Below, one piece after another: positions 1 through 7,705 of a stretch of DNA of 64,000 nt. Under the pieces are notes generated by a model, which was given only the letters and a program-made list of their open reading frames with translations, was not told the DNA's origin and ran no database searches. The position numbers and the translations under genes were made by a program. This DNA comes from Minisyncoccia bacterium (GTDB lineage: Bacteria; Patescibacteriota; Minisyncoccia; Phycocordibacterales; Phycocordibacteraceae), in assembly GCA_049305795.1 (NCBI GenBank), contig JBAQPM010000006.1, forward strand, positions 38,902 to 102,901, in the 5' to 3' direction. Each line of letters starts with the position of its first letter. Position 1 is the stretch's first letter.

Positions 1-696
1 GACGAAGCAGAAGAGCAAATTGATGACGCGAGCGAAGGGGAGGGTAAGGTGCAGGCAGAAGGCGATTTTGAAGATGCCACCGAAGACTTTATGGACGCGA
101 TTGGTTCATATTTCAGAAACAATTTTGCTGACGCGGTAACTTCGGCTGACAAAGCATATGACAACGCGGAAGATGCTTTGCAGGCTGCTGGTGGCGAATC
201 GGAAGAAGATGAAATAGAAAACTTCCTTGACGAAGTAGATGATAAGATCGACGCAGCGCAGGATAGTATTGATCAGGCTGATGATGATGGGGAAGATGTA
301 GACGAGGCCGAGAATTTACTCGAGAAAGCCGAAACAACTCTTGATAAAGCATGGGATGCGTTCGAGGACGATGATCTCGATGAAGCAGAAAATCTTGCTC
401 AAGATGCGGATGATTTTGCTGAGGACGCCGTGGACGCCATTGGTGAAAACAGTGAGAAAGATGACGCCAAAGATGCGATAGATGATGCCCGCGATGCTAT
501 CAGTGATGCACAGGGAGAAATAGACGAGGCAGATGATGATGGGGAAGATGTGAATGACGCGGAAGACCTGCTTGAGGAAGCCGAAGATACGCTCGATGAT
601 GCTGAAGAGGAATATGACGACGAGAATTACGACGAAGCGAAAGATTTGGCAGAAGATGCAGAAAATCTTGCAAACGACGCTATAGACGAGCTGTAG
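1..696 (+). CDS. 5'-truncated highly acidic (D/E-rich) tandem-repeat protein
   Basis: The frame is open from position 1 and the listed ORF is 49..696. The translation is over 40% Asp/Glu with two ~58-aa repeats (IDQADDDGEDVDEAENLLEKAE... and IDEADDDGEDVNDAEDLLEEAE...), mirrored by DNA repeats near 271-444 and 520-693. Confidence 0.55.
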   Translation, partial: DEAEEQIDDASEGEGKVQAEGDFEDATEDFMDAIGSYFRNNFADAVTSADKAYDNAEDALQAAGGESEEDEIENFLDEVDDKIDAAQDSIDQADDDGEDVDEAENLLEKAETTLDKAWDAFEDDDLDEAENLAQDADDFAEDAVDAIGENSEKDDAKDAIDDARDAISDAQGEIDEADDDGEDVNDAEDLLEEAEDTLDDAEEEYDDENYDEAKDLAEDAENLANDAIDEL

Positions 697-789
697 TAGC
701 GCTTTGTTCTAGAAAAGTGACTTTTGACCATCTTTCGATTACTGTCTGTAGCAGATGAGTTTTGAAACCGAATCAGGGGAGGGTATGGA

Positions 790-1089
790 ATGGCTGAGAT
801 ACATGATCTTGAAGAGGAAAAAATACGCAGGGAAGTCGCAGATCTTCTAAAATCAATAGGTACGTTTAAAAAAATTGATAAGGAAATTAATGCTTGTGGG
901 ATATCCATCGTCGTCACAGGCTTCCTTGTCGGGGCAGGAGAAATGAACAAGGACAAGCTTACCATTATGTTATATTCCTCTGGCGAAGTGATTGGTGTTA
1001 TTCGCCTAGAACGAGGGCAGTGGATGAATCTGAAGAGTTTTGCTGACGTTATGTTTGGTGAAACGTCCTCAGATATTCTTTCCAAATGA
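790..1089 (+). CDS. hypothetical protein (99 aa)
   Basis: An RBS-like aggggaggg lies about 10 nt upstream of the ATG at 790. The reading frame is coding-like, with no family recognised. Confidence 0.45.
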   Translation: MAEIHDLEEEKIRREVADLLKSIGTFKKIDKEINACGISIVVTGFLVGAGEMNKDKLTIMLYSSGEVIGVIRLERGQWMNLKSFADVMFGETSSDILSK

Positions 1090-1102
1090 AGGGAGAACTG
1101 CA

Positions 1103-1261
1103 ATGAGCGCACACGAACACTATGGACCGCCCTTGACTCAAAAAGAGATGATCGAGGAGCTCAATCGCCGGGCCAAGGCTATTGCCGACCAGCAAGGCCT
1201 CACGCTTAGCCAGCTCTATCGTCGGGCATTGGCCCAAACGCGAGAATCCCAGGACAAGTGA
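1103..1261 (+). CDS. small ribbon-helix-helix-like (CopG/ParD-like) protein
   Basis: The ATG at 1103 follows gggaga. The translation MSAHEHYGPPLTQKEMIEELNRRAKAIADQQGLTLSQLYRRALAQ resembles an RHH helix-turn-helix core. Confidence 0.4.
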   Translation: MSAHEHYGPPLTQKEMIEELNRRAKAIADQQGLTLSQLYRRALAQTRESQDK

Positions 1262-1338
1262 CCGTTCTGGTTTCCCTGAAGAAGACCCTGTCAGACCAAT
1301 CGTCCGGCAGGGTTTCTTTCTTGCTACAATTTCCCTCA

Positions 1339-1590
1339 ATGGTACACACTGTCTACATCCTCACATGCGCTGACGACACCTTATATGTCGGCTGCACCAA
1401 CAACCTTGAACGCAGGCTCAAGCAACACAATCACTCAAAACAAGGTGCTCACTACACTAAAATCAGGCGTCCCGTAACACTGGTTTATTCCGAGACGTTT
1501 CCAACACTCGCCGAAGCGCGCAAACGCGAAGCCGAGATAAAAACCTGGAAGAGAGAGCAAAAACTCTCTCTTTTAAAAAGAACAATTTAA
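1339..1590 (+). CDS. GIY-YIG nuclease domain protein (stand-alone URI domain)
   Basis: The translation VYILTCADDTLYVGCTNNLERRLKQHN...EAEIKTWKREQKL is a classic GIY-YIG core. Confidence 0.8.
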   Translation: MVHTVYILTCADDTLYVGCTNNLERRLKQHNHSKQGAHYTKIRRPVTLVYSETFPTLAEARKREAEIKTWKREQKLSLLKRTI

Positions 1591-1760
1591 CGTTTCTCCA
1601 TCCCCCATGCACGAGTATGAGAAATGAGGGTTACATCAGAAGTGTCGCGTGTACGCATAATCGTATCGAGAACCTGGTCTTCTTCAATTTCAAATGCCAT
1701 GTGACAAAGTGTATCACTCCTATCAAACATTGGTTGTAAATAATTTGCTATAGTCACTCT

Positions 1761-2180
1761 ATGGAATGTCGATTTTGCGATATAGATACCACCGGAAAAC
1801 AGCGCGTGTATGAAGTGCGAGAGCGTGTCGTAGTTATTTTCAGCAATCCTCGATTCATGCCAGGACATCTCTTAGTCATTCCAAAACGACACGTTACGCA
1901 TCTTTCAGAATTAAGCGGGGAAGAACGAAAGGAACTCTTTGACACGGCGATTGAACTTCAGAGTCGTATTTTGGAAAAAGCTGCATCTGGATGTGACCTT
2001 AAACAACACGATCGTTCGTTTCTTCCTGAAAGTGACCTTAAGGTTAATCACGTACATTTGCATCTTCAGCCACGCGAACCTGAAGATGAGCTTTATACCG
2101 AAGGTCAAATACATGAACGAAAATTATTTAAACCGCTACTTGATGAGGAAGTCGAGAAGTATAAGAAATTGTTGCTATAA
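1761..2180 (+). CDS. HIT (histidine triad) family hydrolase
   Basis: A histidine-triad motif VNHVHLHLQP is present. The protein is 139 aa. Confidence 0.8.
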   Translation: MECRFCDIDTTGKQRVYEVRERVVVIFSNPRFMPGHLLVIPKRHVTHLSELSGEERKELFDTAIELQSRILEKAASGCDLKQHDRSFLPESDLKVNHVHLHLQPREPEDELYTEGQIHERKLFKPLLDEEVEKYKKLLL

Positions 2181-2187
2181 TCTTTCC

Positions 2188-2601
2188 ATGACATGGATAC
2201 CACTCGCACTTTTGGGTGCCGTGTTTGCCGCCCTTGTGGCAATCTTGGGGAAAATTGGACTTCAAGGAGTTGACACGACTGTTGCCACGACCGTGCGCGC
2301 TGTCGTGATGGCCGTCTTTTTAGTCGGAATTTCTCTGGCACTCGGCAAAATTAATTTTGCAGCGCTTCCACACGGACGCACGCTGCTTTTCATTGTGCTT
2401 TCCGGCATTGCAGGCGCTCTTTCATGGCTTGCCATGTTCTCCGCGCTTAAAATCGGTCCTGCTCCCGGAGTTTCTGCTCTCGACAGGACAAGTGTGGTAT
2501 TCGTGCTGTTTTTCTCAATTCTCTTTTTGGGAACGCAATTTTCTTGGAAAGCGATACTTGGCGCGGCACTCATAACTGCCGGTGCAGTTTTGATGATTTA
2601 A
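2188..2601 (+). CDS. EamA/DMT-superfamily small membrane protein (4 TM)
   Basis: It is hydrophobic, with four predicted helices and an EamA-like half-transporter pattern. The internal ATG at 2188 is used. Confidence 0.55.
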   Translation: MTWIPLALLGAVFAALVAILGKIGLQGVDTTVATTVRAVVMAVFLVGISLALGKINFAALPHGRTLLFIVLSGIAGALSWLAMFSALKIGPAPGVSALDRTSVVFVLFFSILFLGTQFSWKAILGAALITAGAVLMI

Positions 2602-2751
2602 ATTTGTTAACTAAAAAGTAAATTATTTTTTTACGCGTAACAAAAAGTTACGTGGTTTATGTACTTCACATGAACGTAAGTGATACGTAGTACATTCGTC
2701 TTCTCATCTATGCCGCACATGCGGTACTTATCAGACTAATTACTTCTAACT

Positions 2752-4005
2752 ATGCACACTATTGCAGCAAAATTCGGAGCACTTGCCGTAACGCCGTTCT
2801 TGTTTTTCGGCGGACACGGACAGGTTGCTCAGAGTGCAAATGTAAACGGGCTTGAACATCGCTCGGAAGTTGCACAAGTAAAAGCAAAAGCTGAGCTCTC
2901 CTGTACTGACCTTACCAACGCACTCTATTACGGCCTTCGTGATGAGGGTACGGATGGGGAAGTAAGTAAGCTCCAAACATTCCTTCGCGCGCAAGGTTAT
3001 CTAAACAGCGCGCCGACCGGCACTTTTGGGGCATCGACGGTGCGTGCCGTGCAAGCGTTCCAGAGTGACCATGACATTCAGGCAACTGGATTCGTCGGCG
3101 CAAAAACGCGTGCAGAAATTAAGTCTATAAGTTGCGAGGAAGATCAGCATGAAGACTTCACCATTACCAGCATTGATGGGCCTACCGGACTTGCGGTCGG
3201 CAAGGAAGGCACGTGGACCGTGCATGTGGAGGGTGATGTTGATGGAAATCTCCGCTACGCGGTGAAGTGGGGCGATGAAGGTTTCCAGCCGCTTTCTCTT
3301 TTCCGCTCGAGCGCGGAGGCAACACAAGCTTCGGCAACATTCACCCACACCTACGACCGCACAGGAACCTACAAGCCAGAATTTACGGTTACCGATGAAA
3401 GCGGACAGCGTGCAACGAAGGTTGCTACATCCGTAGTTGTAGGAACTGAATCGATAGTACGTATTTCCTCGACCACACCTTCTTCTGGTCCTGTAGGGAC
3501 AATGGTGACTCTTGGGGGTTATGGATTCAAAGCAGACGGTACTACTGTTACAGTTGGTGGCAAAACCGCGGACAGCATTGAAATAAAGGATGATTCGAAG
3601 ATTACCTTCATGGTCCCTTCGATAGATCCGGGCAAGTATTATGTGCGAGTTACTAACAACGAGAGTGGCAGTAACCGAGTGTGGTTCACGGTGACTGCTC
3701 CCTCGGGCCGCCTATCTATTTCCGGCATTGATGCGCCTGCGAAACTTGCCGTTAATGAAAGCGGCACGTGGACCGTGCACGCCGACTCGAACATGTCGGG
3801 CAATCTCCACTACGCTGTAGTGTGGGGAGATGAGGCCACTTCCGCAGACCGCATGATGGCGGCTTCTCTGGAAACTACGCAATCTTCAGCGACATTCACG
3901 CACGCATATGCAAAAGCCGACACCTATACACCAACATTTACCGTTTCGGATGACTATGGTCATTCAGCTACGGTAAGTGCATCGGTTATCGTGACGGCCC
4001 CATAA
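2752..4005 (+). CDS. secreted protein with a peptidoglycan-binding domain, two PKD-like repeats and an IPT/TIG-like domain
   Basis: There is an N-terminal signal peptide. A PG_binding_1-like segment (LQTFLRAQGYL...VRAVQAFQSDHDIQATGFVG) is followed by two repeats: WTVHVEGDVDGNLRYAVKWGDE...TFTHTYDRTGTYKPEFTVTDESGQ and WTVHADSNMSGNLHYAVVWGDE...TFTHAYAKADTYTPTFTVSDDYGH. Confidence 0.7.
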   Translation: MHTIAAKFGALAVTPFLFFGGHGQVAQSANVNGLEHRSEVAQVKAKAELSCTDLTNALYYGLRDEGTDGEVSKLQTFLRAQGYLNSAPTGTFGASTVRAVQAFQSDHDIQATGFVGAKTRAEIKSISCEEDQHEDFTITSIDGPTGLAVGKEGTWTVHVEGDVDGNLRYAVKWGDEGFQPLSLFRSSAEATQASATFTHTYDRTGTYKPEFTVTDESGQRATKVATSVVVGTESIVRISSTTPSSGPVGTMVTLGGYGFKADGTTVTVGGKTADSIEIKDDSKITFMVPSIDPGKYYVRVTNNESGSNRVWFTVTAPSGRLSISGIDAPAKLAVNESGTWTVHADSNMSGNLHYAVVWGDEATSADRMMAASLETTQSSATFTHAYAKADTYTPTFTVSDDYGHSATVSASVIVTAP

Positions 4006-4035
4006 CGTTCGACGTATTGGAAGAATACGTACGAG

Positions 4036-4064
4036 AAAAATCACCCTCAAGGGGTGATTTTTCT
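4036..4064 (+). terminator. rho-independent terminator
   Basis: The hairpin aaaaatcaccc-tcaag-gggtgattttt is followed by a T-run. Confidence 0.6.
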
Positions 4065-4114
4065 CGTCTATCACACCGGCATGGTATACAATGGCCGAAA
4101 TATAATCTGGATAC

Positions 4115-5032
4115 ATGGCTGAAATTTTCCCACTACTCGTTGTTGTCGTAGGGCTCACTCTTTTTGAAATTATCAGCAGCATTGATAACGCCGTTATCAA
4201 TGCTGAAGTTCTTTCAACGGTGGGGCAGCGCGCGCGGCGCTGGTTTCTTACCTGGGGTATGTTTTTTGCCGTGTTCGTCGTGCGTGGCATCTTACCGTTT
4301 CTTATTGTTTTTCTTGCAACACCCTCGCTTGGCATTTGGGGTACCCTTACGGCAACGTTTTCAAGCGATCCGGCCGTCATTGCTGCAATAGAAAAAACGG
4401 CGCCCATTCTGCTTATGGGTGGTGGCACTTTCCTCGTTTTTCTGTTTTTGTATTGGCTTTTCATGGAAGAAAAGAAATATGGCTTTGTTGGTGAGCGTTT
4501 TATTCACCGACACTCTGTCTGGTTTTATGCAGCGACATCTATTTTTGTATCCGTGCTTGTATGGTTTGCACTTAAGGAAGATCCTATTCTCGCATTTGCA
4601 GCAGTTGTCGGATCAACTGGGTTTTTCATCATCCAGGGCTTTAAAGATAACGCCGCAAAACAAGAACAACAGCTTCTTTCTTCGAGTGCTTCAGACATAA
4701 GCAAGGTTCTGTATCTCGAAGCACTGGATTTGACGTTTTCGATTGATGGCGTTCTTGGCGCCTTTGCCTTTACGTTTGCCGTGCCACTCATCCTCCTTGG
4801 AAACGGCATTGGCGCCATTGTGCTTCGCCAGATCACCGTTTCAAACATTGAACGCATCAAACGCTATGCGTATCTTAAAAATGGCGCCATGTATTCAATC
4901 CTTGCGCTTGGTGCCATCATGGTTGCCGAAGGCTTTGGTGCTCACATACCATATTGGATTTCCCCGATAGTCACGATTGGATTTGTAGTGTTTTTCTTTT
5001 GGAAGTCTCTGCAAGATCAAAAAAGAGTCTGA
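4115..5032 (+). CDS. DUF475/TerC-like integral membrane protein
   Basis: It has several TM helices and an N-terminal LFEIISSIDNAVINA motif typical of the TerC/DUF475 family. Confidence 0.5.
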   Translation: MAEIFPLLVVVVGLTLFEIISSIDNAVINAEVLSTVGQRARRWFLTWGMFFAVFVVRGILPFLIVFLATPSLGIWGTLTATFSSDPAVIAAIEKTAPILLMGGGTFLVFLFLYWLFMEEKKYGFVGERFIHRHSVWFYAATSIFVSVLVWFALKEDPILAFAAVVGSTGFFIIQGFKDNAAKQEQQLLSSSASDISKVLYLEALDLTFSIDGVLGAFAFTFAVPLILLGNGIGAIVLRQITVSNIERIKRYAYLKNGAMYSILALGAIMVAEGFGAHIPYWISPIVTIGFVVFFFWKSLQDQKRV

Positions 5033-5107
5033 TGTAGTGCGTAAAAGAAAAGGGAATGCATTGCGGTGCGCGCCGGAAATATGTCCTGGTTTTGATATAC
5101 TGTCCTC

Positions 5108-5824
5108 ATGAACATACTTCTCCATAAAGCAGGAGAGCGGGGAGGTGGAAACCACGGCTGGCTCACGACGAAATACAGTTTTAGTTTTTCTGATTGGTAT
5201 GAACCCTCGCGTATGGGCTTTGGGGCACTTCGCGTACTGAATGATGATTCCATCGCACCTTCTTCTGGTTTTCCGCCACATAGCCACCGAGAGATGGAAA
5301 TTATTACCATTGTCACCAGTGGTGCAGTGACGCACGAAGACAGTATGGGAAACAAGGGCGAAGTGAAAAAAGGAGATGTGCAGGTAATGTCTGCGGGAAC
5401 GGGAGTAACCCACGCCGAACAAAATAATTCCACCACAGAGCCGCTCGCTCTTTTTCAACTATGGATTGAACCGAACGAAAAAGGCATCGTTCCGCGGTAT
5501 GACCAGCGTGCCTTTGGCTTTGAAAATCAGGGCCTCGGCATAACCACACTCGTATCGCCTTTTTCTGATACGGAGGGTCTTTCAATACACCAGGAGGCCT
5601 ATGTTTCCTATGCAAGTATTGATAAGAATAATCCTTTTACCTACACACTTCATGACGAGCATGCGGGAGTATATGTTTTTGTGATAGAGGGAAATGCGGA
5701 AATAGAAGGGCGCGAGCTTGGTGCGCGCGACGCTGTCGGTATTTCCGAAACGGACTCATTTGATATCTCCTCTCCCGATCAGGTAAAAGTTCTTCTCGTT
5801 GAAGTCCCTTTCGAGAGCGAATAA
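5108..5824 (+). CDS. pirin-family cupin protein
   Basis: A cupin HxH motif (FPPHSHREMEIITIV) and the pirin family architecture are present. Confidence 0.8.
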   Translation: MNILLHKAGERGGGNHGWLTTKYSFSFSDWYEPSRMGFGALRVLNDDSIAPSSGFPPHSHREMEIITIVTSGAVTHEDSMGNKGEVKKGDVQVMSAGTGVTHAEQNNSTTEPLALFQLWIEPNEKGIVPRYDQRAFGFENQGLGITTLVSPFSDTEGLSIHQEAYVSYASIDKNNPFTYTLHDEHAGVYVFVIEGNAEIEGRELGARDAVGISETDSFDISSPDQVKVLLVEVPFESE

Positions 5825-5842
5825 GGTAATTGCGGATATTCT

Positions 5843-6937
5843 ATGCAAAAGTTGTTTTTCTCTTTCTTTCTTTTGGTCGCGCTCTTCTTCCCGCAGGCGT
5901 CGTGGGCGCAAGAAACAGTAGCAACGGAAATTCTCGAAAAAGCACAGGTGCTCGAAGTTTCAAATGTTCGCACAGAAATTCCTGCGGGAACTACGGCGGC
6001 ATCAACCATTCAAACCTTGAAGGTAAGAGTGCTCGAGGGGGAAGAGCAGGGTTCAGTCTTTACATTTGAAAACGATTTTACCCAACTTTCAGTAGGGGAC
6101 GTGTTTTACCTGCGCCATACGTTCACTGAAACTGGCATTGAACTGTATGCGGTTGCAGATCCTTATCGTCTGCCAGTATTGCTTGGTCTTACAGGGATTT
6201 TTGTTGTCCTCGTTTTTTTGTTTGGGGGTTTGCAAGGTATACGCGGACTTGCGAGCCTTGCGGGAAGTTTTATTCTTATTTTCTATCTTCTCTTGCCCGG
6301 TATTGTGGCTGGATATTCTCCCGTTCTTGTTTCAATTGGCGTTGCATCGCTCATCATCATTGTGGGTTCGTATATAACGCACGGATATAACCGCACAACA
6401 ACTGCTGCGGTGTTTGGCATGATTGTTACGGTCGTTATTTCCGGTGTTGCTGCCTATATTGCAGTGCATGCCGCAGATCTTTCTGGATACAATTCGGAAA
6501 ACAGCACCTACCTGCATTTCAATAGTGGAGGAACGATCAATATCTTGGGTGTACTCATGGGAGGTATTTTGATTGGACTTTTGGGCGTGCTCTACGATGT
6601 TGCTATTGGTCAAGCCGTTTCCGTTGAAGAGCTTATGAGTGCAGGGAAACATCTTTCAAAAGGACAAATCTATCGCAAGGCTATTCGCATTGGACGCGAA
6701 CACATCGGAGCCCTCGTAAACACACTTGCGATAGCGTATGTGGGTGCCGCTCTTCCACTCCTTCTTTTGTTCCATATGTCGAGTGGTGTTTCTGTTGGGT
6801 ATATTATCAACGGTGAAATATTTGCTACCGAGATCATACGCATTTTGATTGGAAGCATCGGGCTTATTCTTGCAGTTCCCATCACCACGTTCATAGCAGT
6901 GACACTTCTTGGGAACGTGCGTGAAAAGGGTGTGTAG
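5843..6937 (+). CDS. YibE/F-like membrane protein
   Basis: A signal peptide and N-terminal soluble domain are followed by a polytopic TM region, which matches the YibE/F architecture. Confidence 0.6.
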   Translation: MQKLFFSFFLLVALFFPQASWAQETVATEILEKAQVLEVSNVRTEIPAGTTAASTIQTLKVRVLEGEEQGSVFTFENDFTQLSVGDVFYLRHTFTETGIELYAVADPYRLPVLLGLTGIFVVLVFLFGGLQGIRGLASLAGSFILIFYLLLPGIVAGYSPVLVSIGVASLIIIVGSYITHGYNRTTTAAVFGMIVTVVISGVAAYIAVHAADLSGYNSENSTYLHFNSGGTINILGVLMGGILIGLLGVLYDVAIGQAVSVEELMSAGKHLSKGQIYRKAIRIGREHIGALVNTLAIAYVGAALPLLLLFHMSSGVSVGYIINGEIFATEIIRILIGSIGLILAVPITTFIAVTLLGNVREKGV

Positions 6938-6961
6938 GATTACACAAATCAAAAATACAAA

Positions 6962-7315
6962 ATGGTATACTGGGATCCTATGAATATATTTCTTCATTGG
7001 ATTATCTCCGCAATTGCGATAGTTGTTGCAGCGTATCTGATTCCAGGTGCGAACGTTTCGTTTGTCGGGTCACTCGTTCTTGCTATTGTCCTTGGGCTCA
7101 TTAACCTTACGCTTCGACCACTTATCTTTGTGTTAACTCTTCCGATTAACATTCTGACGCTTGGACTTTTTTCTTTCGTTATAAACGCTCTTCTCATTAT
7201 GCTTGCAGCGGCGATTGTTCCTGGTTTTTCCATCGCTGGTTTTTGGACTGCACTTTTGTTCTCTATCGTTCTCTCCCTCATCAATATCCTTTTTGGAAAG
7301 GGTGCAAAGGCTTAA
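6962..7315 (+). CDS. phage-holin-family 4 (DUF360) membrane protein
   Basis: The 117-aa protein has 4 TM helices. Motifs AAYLIPG, RPLIFVLTLPINILTLGLF and INALLIMLAAAIVPGF are typical of DUF360/Phage_holin_4_2. Confidence 0.65.
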   Translation: MVYWDPMNIFLHWIISAIAIVVAAYLIPGANVSFVGSLVLAIVLGLINLTLRPLIFVLTLPINILTLGLFSFVINALLIMLAAAIVPGFSIAGFWTALLFSIVLSLINILFGKGAKA

Positions 7316-7411
7316 CTTTAGGGCTGCATAACTCCTCGCGCAAAATTTGCAGGGGTATAGGATGGTATCAGATGGGCCTAGAGTTCATCAGAAATAACGG
7401 GGGAGGAAACA

Positions 7412-7624
7412 ATGCGAGATCTGCCGAGATGCAAAAAGTGTGACACTCAATTCGAGCCCAGATTTTCGGATACCGATGCGACAGATTTCTGTTGCGATCG
7501 GTGTGAACTGCTCCACAAAATTTCGAAATGCGTGGAGCTTGAGGGACACTTAGTGTTTAGACGGCACTCAGACCCCTTTCACCTTGATCCCCTGGTTGAT
7601 CAAAGCATTTATTCACGCAAATAG
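7412..7624 (+). CDS. small Cys-rich zinc-ribbon-like protein
   Basis: Cysteine pairs CKKCD and CCDRCE are present in a 70-aa protein. An intrinsic terminator follows. Confidence 0.35.
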   Translation: MRDLPRCKKCDTQFEPRFSDTDATDFCCDRCELLHKISKCVELEGHLVFRRHSDPFHLDPLVDQSIYSRK

Positions 7625-7628
7625 ACAC

Positions 7629-7655
7629 GGCGCGCCAAAGGCGCGCCGGCTGTTT
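7629..7655 (+). terminator. rho-independent terminator
   Basis: A GC hairpin (cggcgcgcc-aaa-ggcgcgccg) is followed by tgtttta. Confidence 0.6.
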
Positions 7656-7705
7656 TATCCCACAACATCTGCGTATCTAGCAGCCAGATACCTTATACTG
7701 AAGAC

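Noticed and set aside
1587-1868. 93-aa minus-strand ORF between the GIY-YIG and HIT genes
   Set aside because: It overlaps the HIT gene start, has no RBS, and the internal Met would give only 37 aa.
6962-7315. Prophage signalled by a phage-holin-family gene
   Set aside because: It is a single DUF360 gene flanked by housekeeping-type membrane proteins. No other phage genes or att sites are nearby. DUF360 proteins are common chromosomal membrane proteins.
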